DNA from: Candidatus Dormiibacterota bacterium
GTDB taxonomy: Bacteria > Chloroflexota > Dormibacteria > Aeolococcales > Aeolococcaceae
Assembly (NCBI GenBank): GCA_963709585.1
Contig: CAVPXI010000014.1
Coordinates: forward strand, 192,001 to 256,000
DNA: 64,000 bases
Direction of reading: 5' to 3'
Positions 30,076 to 40,119 of the stretch are shown in pieces. Position numbers and translations under genes: made by a program. How positions within the stretch are numbered: the first letter of the stretch is position 1; each line of letters opens with the position of its first letter. The notes under the pieces are model-generated. The model made no database searches and was not told the origin of the DNA. It was given only the letters and a program-made list of their open reading frames with translations.

Positions 30076-30463
30076 GACGACGATGCCGAGCCTCATGCCC
30101 GAGGCTGCCGAGTGGTGGGAGGCCACCCGCAGCCAGCTCCTCCTCATCCAGCGTTGCCTTGCATGCGGACATCATCAGCTATACCCGCGCACGATCTGCA
30201 CCGTCTGTCATCGCACTGAGCTCGAACTGGTCGCTGCGTCAGGCGCGGGGACGGTGTATAGCCATTCCATTGTGCACCGCGCGCCCGCAGGCTTCGAGGC
30301 GCCGTATGTTGTCGCCATCGTTCGGCTCTCTGAAGGTCCCAGACTGTTGACCCATGTCATCGGATGCGCGCCCGAGGATGTGCGCTGCGACATGCCGGTG
30401 CGGATCGCATGGGAGCCGCTGCCCGATGGCCGCAACCTCCCTATGTTCGTTCCTGGGAGCTGA
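30068..30463 (+). CDS. DUF35 Zn-ribbon/OB-fold protein
   Basis: QRCLACG...YPR..CTVC, SGAGTVYS, PYVVAIVRLSEGPR. Confidence 0.92.
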   Translation: MVETTMPSLMPEAAEWWEATRSQLLLIQRCLACGHHQLYPRTICTVCHRTELELVAASGAGTVYSHSIVHRAPAGFEAPYVVAIVRLSEGPRLLTHVIGCAPEDVRCDMPVRIAWEPLPDGRNLPMFVPGS

Positions 30464-30466
30464 GCA

Positions 30467-31621
30467 ATGGACTTTGAACTGAATGCCGAACAGGCAGCCC
30501 TACGCGACACCGTCCGGGATTTTGCGCGCCGCAGCATCGCGCCTGTCGCCCGCGAGTGGGAGCAGGCAGGACGGTATCCCGACACGCTGGTCGAGCAGAT
30601 GAAAGCGATGGGCCTCTTCGGAATGCTCGTGCCTGAAAGGTACGGGGGCATCGCTATCGACGCCGTTTCGTATTCGATCGTTTTCGAAGAGATTTCCAAA
30701 GCGTGGATGGGCGTAGCAGGCATCCTAGGATCGCACACGTTGGCCACCAGAATCCTCGCGATCCACGGCACCGAGGATCAAAAACAGCGGTGGCTCCCCG
30801 AGCTCGCTACCGGCGCGCGGCGCAGCGGTCTGGCTCTGACAGAACCGGAGGCCGGGAGTGACCTGCAGGGGATCGTGACGATCGCCCGCCGCTCAGGCGA
30901 CCACTACGTCGTGAACGGCACGAAGATGTGGATCACCAACGCGCGCCATGCCGATCCGCTCCCTGTTCTGGTCAAGACCGACCCCACTGCCGAACCCCGA
31001 CATCGCGGCATGTCAATCCTCATGATCGAGGCCGGAACGCCGGGTTTCAGCATCAGCCGAGATATCGAGAAGCTCGGCTACAAGGGGCCCGAGTCGTGCG
31101 AGGTAGTGCTTCAGGAGTGCCCGGTGCCCGTGGGGAACCTGCTGGGTGGCGTTGAAGGCCTGGGGTTGAAGCAGGCGCTATCGGCGCTTGAATTTGGTCG
31201 GTGCAATATTGCGGGACGGGCCGTCGGCATCGCCCAGGCATCGTTGGACCTGGCGCTTGCGTATGCGAAGGACCGCCGTGCCTTCGGGAAGCCGATCGCA
31301 GAGTTTCAAGCAGTCCAGATCAGGCTCGCGGACATGGCAACCGAGGTGCAGGCCGCGCGTCTTTTGACGTGGTGGGCAGCCTCTCGCCTTGACGCCGGCG
31401 CGAGGGCCGACCTCGAAACCGGGATGGCTAAGCTCTACGCGAGCGAGGTGTGCATCAAGACCTCACTCGAATGCATGCGGATTCACGGCGGCTACAGTTA
31501 CTCGAAGGAATTCGACGTCGAGCGCCTCTATCGTGACGCGCCCTTGATGGCCATAGGTGAAGGTACCAACGACATCTTGAGGACGGTCATCGCGCGCCAC
31601 CTGACGGGAGCGAGCGCATGA
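30467..31621 (+). CDS. Acyl-CoA dehydrogenase
   Basis: LALTEPEAGSD, NGTKMWITN, KLG, R.AFGKPI..FQ, HGGY.Y, IGEGTNDI. Confidence 0.96.
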   Translation: MDFELNAEQAALRDTVRDFARRSIAPVAREWEQAGRYPDTLVEQMKAMGLFGMLVPERYGGIAIDAVSYSIVFEEISKAWMGVAGILGSHTLATRILAIHGTEDQKQRWLPELATGARRSGLALTEPEAGSDLQGIVTIARRSGDHYVVNGTKMWITNARHADPLPVLVKTDPTAEPRHRGMSILMIEAGTPGFSISRDIEKLGYKGPESCEVVLQECPVPVGNLLGGVEGLGLKQALSALEFGRCNIAGRAVGIAQASLDLALAYAKDRRAFGKPIAEFQAVQIRLADMATEVQAARLLTWWAASRLDAGARADLETGMAKLYASEVCIKTSLECMRIHGGYSYSKEFDVERLYRDAPLMAIGEGTNDILRTVIARHLTGASA

Positions 31622-32392
31622 CATCGAACTCAGGAGCGCGACCGCGTCCTCTACCTTGTTCTCGACCGCCCTGGCGCCCTCAACGCCATCAACGAGGCTG
31701 TCCTCGACCACCTGGAATCGACGTGTCGCGTGGTTGAAGATCGCGACGACATTCGCGCCCTCGTGATCACGGGCGTCGGCGACGTGTTCTCCGTCGGCAT
31801 GGATCTGACGTGCCTCGAGCGGGGATTCGAGGATCACGTGTTCTTTCGAGAATTCCTCGAGCGTTTCCATCGAATCCTGTTGCGCCTGGAACGGCTCCCG
31901 GTGCCAACCGTCGCGGCAGTCAATGGGCTCACTCGAGCGGGCGGCTTCGAACTGCTGCTCGCCTGCGATCTGGCGGTGTGTGCTGACGAGGCTCAGATTT
32001 CCGACAACCACACGCAGTTTGAAGTCATCCCAGGAGGCGGCGCTACGCTGCGCGCGCCGCGCCGGCTCGGTATGCAGCGCGCCAAGGAGTTGATCTTCAC
32101 GGCGCATTGGATTGACGGCAGGGCCGCCGAACGCATCGGTCTGGTCTTGCGCTCGGTCCCCCGCGCGTATCTGGACGACAGCGTCGACGAGCTGGTGGCC
32201 GCGTTCCGCGAGAAATCGCGTGACTGCCTGTCGGCCGCGAAAGCTGCTATTAATAACGCGTCCGACCAGAGTGTCGAAGCAGGTTTGCGGATCGAGCTCA
32301 GCGAGTTCTTCAGGTATCTCGATGAGTCGCCGGACCCCTCCGAGGGGTTTCGCGCCTACCTCGAGAAGCGTCCGCCCACGTGGCGCTCCTAG
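31618..32392 (+). CDS. Enoyl-CoA hydratase/isomerase (crotonase) (+1 frameshift at 31626-31631)
   Basis: Restored start MTSTQERDRVLYLVLDRPGALNAI; FSVGMDL, AAVNG...AGGFEL, PGGG, EGFRAYLEKR. Confidence 0.9.
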
Positions 32393-32847
32393 ACGATGCG
32401 GAACGCGAAGGTCGCAAGCGCCTCAAGCACGGTTTCGTCGTGCTGATTGCTGCACGTCCATGCGAAGGTAATGAACCCACGGCGTCCAGAAGCCGAGACC
32501 TCCTTTCGCGCGACCTCCATCTCGAGATGGATGCTATCCCCCACGATGCAGGGCTTTACGAAGCGAACGTCATCCAGCCGAGTCATCGCCAGCGTTGTCT
32601 CATCGAAGACGCCTGTCCCCTCTGCGAGCCCGCCCAACAGCAGCAATACCATTTCGCCCGGTACCGGGATACCGGCGAAACCAGCACTGTGGGCGAAGGC
32701 CTCGTCAGTGAACAGCGCGAACACATCGCCGGCCCACGCGGTGACCTCACGTGCTCGGTCGTCGAGCCTAAACTCCGCTGTTCGCCACCGTTCACCAAGC
32801 GCCGCGCGCTCGAAGAGTCCGCTCAGGATGACACCCCCATGATCCAC
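32389..32847 (-). CDS. MaoC/hotdog-fold dehydratase
   Basis: FAHSAGF.GIPVPG, VRFVKPCIVGDSI, NQHDETV; start uncertain. Confidence 0.8.
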   Translation of the reverse strand: MDHGGVILSGLFERAALGERWRTAEFRLDDRAREVTAWAGDVFALFTDEAFAHSAGFAGIPVPGEMVLLLLGGLAEGTGVFDETTLAMTRLDDVRFVKPCIVGDSIHLEMEVARKEVSASGRRGFITFAWTCSNQHDETVLEALATFAFRIV

Positions 32848-32894
32848 CAGCCCATCGCAATCACAGTATGGCAGCGGTTCGGCGCGCTAGCCCG

Positions 32895-34367
32895 ATGAAC
32901 CGCTACAACTCGATCGTCACCAACGGCTTGGTTATCCTGCCCGGGCTGGAAGAGCCGGCGGCAGTGTCGATCGGTGTCCGGGACGGCCGGATCGCTACGA
33001 TCGCCGAGGAGATCCCGCGGTCGGAAGCCGACGTCGTCATCGACGCTCGCGATCGCGTCGTGTTCCCGGGTGGGGTCGACAGTCACTTTCACATAGGGAT
33101 CTACCGTGACATCGAGCTTGACGCGGCGTCTGAAACGAAGTCGTCGCTCGTCGGCGGCGGCACCAGCGTGATCAGCTACTTCCGAACCGGAAGCCACTAC
33201 CTCAACAAGGTGGGGCCCTACCGCGACATCCTCCCCGAGGTTCTGGACCGAGCCAAGGGACGCGCGCACACGGACTACGGCTTCCACATCGCACCGATGA
33301 CGACCTCGCAGCTGGACGAAGTCGACTGGATGGTGCGAGAGGCTGGCATCACGAGTTTCAAGTACTACATGTTCTACAAGGGCCTAAATCTCTCCTCTTC
33401 CTCGACCGATGCGGCCGCGTATACGATGTCCAACTCATACGATTTTGGTCATCTGTACATGATGATGGAGAAGGTCGCTGAAGCCGATCGCAATCACGGA
33501 GACCGCGGTCGCGTGTCCCTCTCGATCCATTGTGAAAATGCTGAGCTGATCAAGCTCTTCATGGATCGCGTTCGCAACATCGGTATGCCGGCCTTGGAGA
33601 CGTACAGCAAGGCTCGGCCACCGCTGAGTGAGCGTATATCGATTCACGAAGCTGCAGTGCTGGCCAGTGATACCAAGGTGCGCATCAACCTACTTCATCT
33701 GTCGAGCGCGGAAGCACTGACAGCTGTACGTCAGGTCCGGTTGCTGTACCCGGAGCTCGACATCCGCTCAGAGACAACGCTCCACCATCTCTGTTTGACG
33801 TACGACGCACTCGAGGGCCGCGGTCTGGGCGGCAAGGTAAATCCACCCGTCAGAACCCGACAGGACGCCGACGCTTTGTGGGATGCAATCGCGGACGGCT
33901 CGATCAACTGGGTGGCCTCGGACCATGCGTGTTGCCTCGAGGAGCTCAAGAAAGACGAACTCTGGACGGCGCAGCCCGGCTTTGGTGGTACCGCCCTCCT
34001 CTACCCCGCCCTCATTTCTGAGGGCTATCACAAGCGCGGTCTCACACTGCACCGAGTTGCGGAGTTGGCGAGTTCCAACCCGGCGCGTGCATATGGGTTG
34101 CACCCGGTTAAGGGCACGATCTCGGTCGGCGCGGACGCAGACCTCGCCATCGTCGACCTCACCCGTGAGCAAATTGTCACCCCGCGGCTGCTGCACTCCG
34201 CGCAGGAATACACACCCTTCGAGGGACTTTCGCTGAGAGGCTGGCCGACCATAACGATGCTGCGTGGCACCGTTGTATACCGCGACGGCGAAGTCGTCGC
34301 GCCCGCCTCAGGCGAATTCCTGAGACGGCCACTGACGGCGCGACGGCAACCGACGCTGCCGCACTAG
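32895..34367 (+). CDS. Cyclic amidohydrolase (dihydroorotase/allantoinase/hydantoinase family)
   Basis: PGGVDSHFH, SFKYYM (carboxy-Lys), IHCEN, LHLSS, KVNPPVR, ASDHA, KGTISVGADAD. Confidence 0.92.
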   Translation: MNRYNSIVTNGLVILPGLEEPAAVSIGVRDGRIATIAEEIPRSEADVVIDARDRVVFPGGVDSHFHIGIYRDIELDAASETKSSLVGGGTSVISYFRTGSHYLNKVGPYRDILPEVLDRAKGRAHTDYGFHIAPMTTSQLDEVDWMVREAGITSFKYYMFYKGLNLSSSSTDAAAYTMSNSYDFGHLYMMMEKVAEADRNHGDRGRVSLSIHCENAELIKLFMDRVRNIGMPALETYSKARPPLSERISIHEAAVLASDTKVRINLLHLSSAEALTAVRQVRLLYPELDIRSETTLHHLCLTYDALEGRGLGGKVNPPVRTRQDADALWDAIADGSINWVASDHACCLEELKKDELWTAQPGFGGTALLYPALISEGYHKRGLTLHRVAELASSNPARAYGLHPVKGTISVGADADLAIVDLTREQIVTPRLLHSAQEYTPFEGLSLRGWPTITMLRGTVVYRDGEVVAPASGEFLRRPLTARRQPTLPH

Positions 34368-34374
34368 AGCAGGC

Positions 34375-35577
34375 ATGGGTGAGCTAATGCCGCGTGGACC
34401 ACTGACCGGACTGACCGTCCTCGATCTCTCGACGATATATGCGGGGCCGTTCACCGCAACACTGCTAGGCGACTTCGGCGCAGAGGTGATCAAGGTCGAG
34501 CACCCGCAGGGCGACCCTCTGCGAACCCACGGGCCGCAGAAGGACGGGCACGGGCTATGGTGGAAGCAGCTCAGCCGGAACAAGAGTTGCGTGACGTTGA
34601 ATCTATCCATGGCCGGTGGACAGGAGCTTCTGTTGAAGCTCGCCAAGGGTGTGGATGTCGTCATCGAGAACTTCCGCCCCGGTGTGCTGGAACGGTGGGG
34701 TCTCGGATACGACCGGCTCTCCTCGGAGAACCATCGTTTGATCCTGCTGCGCACGACCGGCTTCGGCCAGTCGGGCCCATACTCGCAGCGGCCAGGCTTT
34801 GGGACACTGGCCGAGTCAATGAGCGGCTTTGCAGCAATGACTGGCTCGGCGGACGGACCGCCCACATTGCCTCCCTTCGAACTCGCGGACGGAATAGCGG
34901 GCATCGCCGGCGCCTTCGCTGTGATGGCCGCCGTCCATGCACGCGATGCGCAGGATGGTGATGGCCAGGTGATCGACCTGGCGATAATCGAACCAATTCT
35001 CATGGTGCTCGGGGCGCAGGCCACCGCATACGATGCGCTCGGCGCAGTCCCGAAGCGGCACGGCAACCGCTCGACGAACAACGCCCCACGCAATACTTAC
35101 GTGACCCGTGACGGGCGCTGGGTCGCTGTTTCAACCTCAGCCAACAGCATCGCCACCAGAGTGATGCAGCTGGTCGGCCACCCGGAGGTCGTTACGGAGC
35201 CTTGGTTCCGGAGCCAGACGGAACGAGCCAAACGCGCAGACCTGCTGGACGAGATGGTCGGCGGTTGGATAGCAGAGCGCGACCATGACGTTGTGATCAC
35301 AGCGTTTGAGACAGCGGGCGCCGCCGTGGCGCCCGTATACGACATCAGCGAAATCGTCGCCGACCCTCAGTACCGGGCGCTGGAAACGTTCATCCGTCTT
35401 GTCGATGAGGATCTCGGCAGTGTACTGATGCAGAACGTCATCGCACGGATGAGCGCGACGCCTGGCGAGGTGCGTTGGCCGGGCCGGCGCGTCGGACAGG
35501 ACAACGAAGCCGTGTACGGACGCCTCGGCTACAGCGCGGTAGAGATCGCCCAGCTCCACCAGGACGGGGTGGTCTAA
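34375..35577 (+). CDS. Class III CoA-transferase (CaiB/BaiF family)
   Basis: PLTGLTVLDLS, AGP, GDFGAEVIKVEHP, ENFRPG, GFGQSGPY, ELADG. Confidence 0.95.
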   Translation: MGELMPRGPLTGLTVLDLSTIYAGPFTATLLGDFGAEVIKVEHPQGDPLRTHGPQKDGHGLWWKQLSRNKSCVTLNLSMAGGQELLLKLAKGVDVVIENFRPGVLERWGLGYDRLSSENHRLILLRTTGFGQSGPYSQRPGFGTLAESMSGFAAMTGSADGPPTLPPFELADGIAGIAGAFAVMAAVHARDAQDGDGQVIDLAIIEPILMVLGAQATAYDALGAVPKRHGNRSTNNAPRNTYVTRDGRWVAVSTSANSIATRVMQLVGHPEVVTEPWFRSQTERAKRADLLDEMVGGWIAERDHDVVITAFETAGAAVAPVYDISEIVADPQYRALETFIRLVDEDLGSVLMQNVIARMSATPGEVRWPGRRVGQDNEAVYGRLGYSAVEIAQLHQDGVV

Positions 35578-36376
35578 GTGAGCCTCATCAGGAGTTGGCT
35601 GTTTGCGCCTGGGCACAACGAACGGATACTTGCCAAACTGTTCGACTCTGGTGCGGACGCTGTACTGCTCGACCTCGAGGACGCCGTGCCTGAGGCGCTG
35701 AAGGATCACGCAAGAGCACTCGTGAGTTCGGTGCTCGAGGCGCATCCGGAGTCGTGGGTTCGCATCAACAAGCCACGCACCGCGGCCGCCGAGGCCGACC
35801 TTGCCGCGATCTTCGGTCGCTGCGCCGGTATCCGAATCCCCAAGGTGGAGTCGCCTGATGAGGTGCGATGGGTTGCGGAGCGAGCTCCGGCCATTCCGCT
35901 CACGTGCACCATCGAGAGCGCGCGCGGCGTGATGCTGGGGTACGAGATTGCTGCATGTGAGTGCACTCAGGACCTCACGCTCGGCGCTGCCGACCTCGCA
36001 CTCGACCTCGGGGTCGGGAGCGGGTTCGAGGAGTTGCTCTTTGCTCGATCGTCGCTGGTGGTGGCAGCCCGCGCGGCAGGCAAGCCGGCACCGATCGACG
36101 GCGTGTTCACCCGCCTCGATGATCCGGCTGGCCTCCGCGAAGAGGCTCTGACTGCACGTCGACTTGGGTATTTTGGCAAGTCGGCAATCCACCCGCGCCA
36201 GGTGCCGGTAATAAACGATGTGTTCACGCCAACCCCCGAGGAGCTCGCGTGGGCACAGCGAGTTCATCGATGCATTCGAACAAGCAGGTGGTGCAGCGAC
36301 CAAGCTGCATGATGGGGAGTTCGTCGACGTGCCGGTCGCCAAACGCGCGCGCCGCCTCTTGAAGGAGAGACGGTGA
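35578..36376 (+). CDS. CitE/HpcH-type (citramalyl/malyl/citryl)-CoA lyase (+1 frameshift at 36260-36265)
   Basis: RSWLFAPG, DAVLLDLEDAV, VRIN, PKVE, IESARG, G..D, GKSAIHPRQ; corrected tail RVIDAFEQAG...GEFVDVPV. Confidence 0.92.
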
Positions 36377-37182
36377 GTAGTCTCTGGGATTCCCTTGAGG
36401 GAGCCCTCGTCTACGATCTAGCTCGGCCGCTGGAAGCATCCACCCCGACAAGCCCCAACCATCCACCGTTCCGCATGGCCCTCATCCGCCGACATGGCGA
36501 TTCCACCCGTGTAGACGGCGCCACCGGGGCCAACGAGCTCTTCACGATGGGAGGTCACACGGGCACGCACATCGACGCGCTGTGCCACGTCGCACAGGAC
36601 ATGAGGCTGTACGGCGGCCTGGACGCCGCAGAGACTTCTCGAGGGGGCCGCTTCCAGGAGCTCGGCGTCGAGACCGTCACACCGATACTGTGTCGCGGCG
36701 TACTCCTCGATGTATCGCACGCTCTCGGAGTCGACGCCTTGCCGGCGGCACATCCGATCACCGCTGACGAGCTTGAGCTGACCGCTCGCGCGCAAAAGGT
36801 CGAGGTGCGCGTTGGTGATGCCGTCCTTCTCCGCACCGGATGGCCTGCCGGGCGTTATCAGGATGTCGCCGCGTATGTTGGGTTAGCGACGGGCGTGCCG
36901 GGACCGGATGAGTCGGCTGCACGCTGGCTCGCGGCCAGGCGTATCCGAGTAACGGGCGCCGACACCATTGCGTATGAATGGCTTGCTGAGGGGGCGGGAC
37001 ACGCTCGCCTTCCCGTGCACAGAATCCTCCTGGTCGAGCACGGTATCCACATCGTCGAGGTCATGGACCTCGAGGACCTCGCTCGCGACCGAGTGCACGA
37101 GTTTCTCTTCATCCTCGCGCCGCTCAAGCTGGTGGGCGCTACCGGGTCGCCGGTTCGACCGCTCGCTATCACACCTAGATGA
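36373..37182 (+). CDS. Cyclase-family metal hydrolase (kynurenine formamidase/isatin hydrolase-like)
   Basis: HTGTHIDALCH, RGVLLD, GDAVLLRTGW, VH..LL...GI.IVE, PLKL.GATGSPVRP. Confidence 0.93.
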   Translation: MSSLWDSLEGALVYDLARPLEASTPTSPNHPPFRMALIRRHGDSTRVDGATGANELFTMGGHTGTHIDALCHVAQDMRLYGGLDAAETSRGGRFQELGVETVTPILCRGVLLDVSHALGVDALPAAHPITADELELTARAQKVEVRVGDAVLLRTGWPAGRYQDVAAYVGLATGVPGPDESAARWLAARRIRVTGADTIAYEWLAEGAGHARLPVHRILLVEHGIHIVEVMDLEDLARDRVHEFLFILAPLKLVGATGSPVRPLAITPR

Positions 37183-38570
37183 AGGCTCTCGCCCCGCGCA
37201 TCGCTGAGTGGGTCGCTGCTCTTCGCTACGAAGACATCCCTACCGAGGTCATCGCGAGCGCGAAGGACCGTATCCTCGACATCACCGGCATCTGTGTTGC
37301 CGCTCAGGGGTCCGAGGCGTCGATTGCTGTTCGGCGCCTTCGCGACCACTCGGGAGCAGGATCGCCGCAGGCGAGCTTCGTCGGTGAAGATCGCAAGGGA
37401 GCGGCAACCATCGTCGCGATGGTCAATGGGACCTACGCGCACGCTCTGGACTTCGACGACACGCACCTTCCTTCGGTCGTCCATCCGAGCGCCCCAATGA
37501 TCCCGGCGTTACTCGCCGAGGCAGAAGCGACAGGCTCCAGCGGGGCCGAATTGTTGACGGCCCTCGTTGCCGCCTACGAAGTGAACACTCGGCTGGCGAT
37601 GGCGCAGTACGACGCCGAGCTCGGCAACTCGATCTTCTTCGAGCGCGGTCTGCACGCGACGTCGATCATCGGTGCAGTGGCAGCGGCCGCTGGCGCCGCC
37701 CGCCTCCGCGGCTGCGACGCTGACGGGATCATGAGCGCAATCGCGATCGCATGCTCCCTCGGAGCCGGGTTGATCGAGGCGAACCGCGCGGGAGGCTCGG
37801 TCAAGCAGTTCCATGGCGGCTGGGCAGCGCACGCAGCGGTGACCGCGGCTGAGATGGCCCTGTACGGTTTGACGGGTCCCGTAACCATCCTTGAGGGCAG
37901 ATTTGGGTTCTTTCAAGCTTATTGCGGGAATCGCTGGCATCCCGAGGCTGTTACCAACTCGCTCGGAGAACGTTGGAACACGCCGTCGATCTTCTTCAAA
38001 CCGTACCCGTGCAACCATTTCACGCACGCGTTTGTTGACGCTGCACTTGCATTCAAGAATCGCGGCTTGGTAGCAGCCGACGTGAACTCAGTGAGGCTCG
38101 GGACAGCTGAGGCCGCGTGGCGGACGATCGGCGATCCGATCGATGAGAAGCGGCATCCACAAACGCCCTATCACGCCACGTTCAGCGCCCCGTTCGTGTT
38201 CGCAACGGCCCTGATCGGTGGCAGCGGCCTCGGCGTATCGCCCCGAGACTTTACCGCCGCGACGCTTGCGGACCGGGAGCGACGGCGAATAGCGGAGCGG
38301 ACAGACGTGGTCGTCGATGGCGAATGCACGCGGATCTTTCCAAACCAGTTCGCTGGCGTCGCGACCGTCCGTACGAAGGACGGCCGTGTGCTCGACGAGC
38401 GCGTGATGGTGAATCGCGGTGGGCCTGAACGACCACTGTCACGCGATGAACTCGTAGAGAAACTCGGCGACAATTCCGGCCTGCTCGCGAGCGGGATAAG
38501 TGTCGCGTGTCGCGATCTCGACACTGCGCCAAGCCTCGATGCGCTCCTCGCCGCGACCCGCCCGAGATGA
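37179..38570 (+). CDS. MmgE/PrpD-family protein
   Basis: NG..AHALDFDDTH...VVHPS, RGLHAT, KQFHGG, FKPYPCNHFTH. Confidence 0.93.
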   Translation: MKALAPRIAEWVAALRYEDIPTEVIASAKDRILDITGICVAAQGSEASIAVRRLRDHSGAGSPQASFVGEDRKGAATIVAMVNGTYAHALDFDDTHLPSVVHPSAPMIPALLAEAEATGSSGAELLTALVAAYEVNTRLAMAQYDAELGNSIFFERGLHATSIIGAVAAAAGAARLRGCDADGIMSAIAIACSLGAGLIEANRAGGSVKQFHGGWAAHAAVTAAEMALYGLTGPVTILEGRFGFFQAYCGNRWHPEAVTNSLGERWNTPSIFFKPYPCNHFTHAFVDAALAFKNRGLVAADVNSVRLGTAEAAWRTIGDPIDEKRHPQTPYHATFSAPFVFATALIGGSGLGVSPRDFTAATLADRERRRIAERTDVVVDGECTRIFPNQFAGVATVRTKDGRVLDERVMVNRGGPERPLSRDELVEKLGDNSGLLASGISVACRDLDTAPSLDALLAATRPR

Positions 38571-38585
38571 GCGCCTGAACTCCTG

Positions 38586-40111
38586 TCAGCCGGTGTCGCC
38601 GGCGAGCGCTGCTTTGAGGACCTTGCCGCTTCCGGTGCGAGGCAACTTTGCGGAGAACGCCATGCTCCGAGGCAACTTGTAGGGAGCAAGGAGGCGCCGG
38701 CAGTGTTCCAGCAACTCGGCTTCAGAGGCCCTCACACCGGCATTCAGCACAACTACGGCGTGGACACGTTCTCCCCATCGCGCGTCGGCAACTCCCAGGA
38801 CCGCCGCGTCGCGCACGGCAGGATGGGCCATCAGAACCTCCTCCACCTCTCGCGGGTAGATCCCCACTCCCCCGGATTTGATGACATCCGATCGACGTCC
38901 GACGACGTAGATATAGCCCGCGTCATCTAGGCGGGCGAGGTCCCCCGATGTTGCGAATCCGCCGTGAAAGGCGGCATCCGTTGCCTTGGGATCACGGTGA
39001 TATCGACTGAACAGGAACGGGCTGCGCGAGTAGAGCTGTCCGATTTCGTTCGTCATGGTCTCACGCATGTCGTCGTCGTAGATTCGCACTTCGTTGAGCG
39101 CGAGCGGACGCCCTACGCAACGCTGCTTGCGAAGCTGATCCTCAGGCCGGAGTGACGCTACGGTGCCGCATTCCGTGGATCCGTAGATCTCGAACAGGCG
39201 GGCGTTGCGCCACTGTTCGAGGATCAGTGTCTTTAGATGTTCGGGCAGTGCCGACGCATTCGAGAGAAGGGTTACCGCCGTGCTCGACTGCGGGCGGAGC
39301 CGAGGCGCGAGATCGAATATGGCGGCGAACATCGTCGGCACCATGAAGGTCGTGGTGACGCGCCCTGAGTTGAGCTCGGCCACATGTCGCTCAGGATCGA
39401 ACCCTGGGTGCAGCACAACGGAGCCACCGAAGATGAGCGGCGCTATGGCGCGCGTGAGTCCCGCTGGATGGTACATCGGTGTTGCGATCAGGCTCGTATC
39501 AGAGCTCGTGTAGCAGCCGTACTCCTGGCCAAGCAGCAGCATCAGCCCCGTTCGCGCGCGGTGAGAGATGACCGCAGCCTTTGGCTTGCCGGTGGTGCCC
39601 GACGTGTACCCAAAGAACAAGGGGCTGTTCTCGTCCACGTCACGGGCGATCAGCTGTTCCGCGCTGGCTTCGATGAGTTCGGATACCGAGCGAAGTCCTC
39701 CTTCGGTGTTCCCAGGCGTGGATCTGGACTCCCCCACTTCGCCAACCGTCCATGGCGTCTTCGAGCCGGTCCGCTACAGCGTCATCAGTCAACAGCGCAC
39801 GCATCCCGCTGGAACTCGACGAAATGCGCCAGCTCTCGCTCGGTAGACCCGTAGGGTATCGGGGCGAGCGTGAGCCCGGCTCGGGCGATCCCCAGTGTCG
39901 CTACGAAGTATTCTGGCCGATTGGTGAGCATCAGCCCGACCCGTTCGCCTGATTGCAAGCCAAGTCCTTCGCCCAAGGCTATGGCCAAGCGCCGCGATCT
40001 CAACTCGAGAGCTTTGTAGGTCCACGAACTGTCTCCGTAGATGACAGCGACCTTGTCAGCATTTGCGCGAGCCGCTGCGGCAAATGCGTCATGCAGGCAC
40101 AAACCAGGCAT
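38586..40111 (-). CDS. Acyl-CoA synthetase (AMP-forming), two +1 frameshifts (39812-39817 and probably 39692-39697)
   Basis: YTSGTTGKPK, YGSTE, SGD, GRRSDVIKSGG, PRTGSGK; N-terminal part in ORF 39785-40111; span is 3n+2. Confidence 0.88.
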
Positions 40112-40119
40112 TGAGTCCC

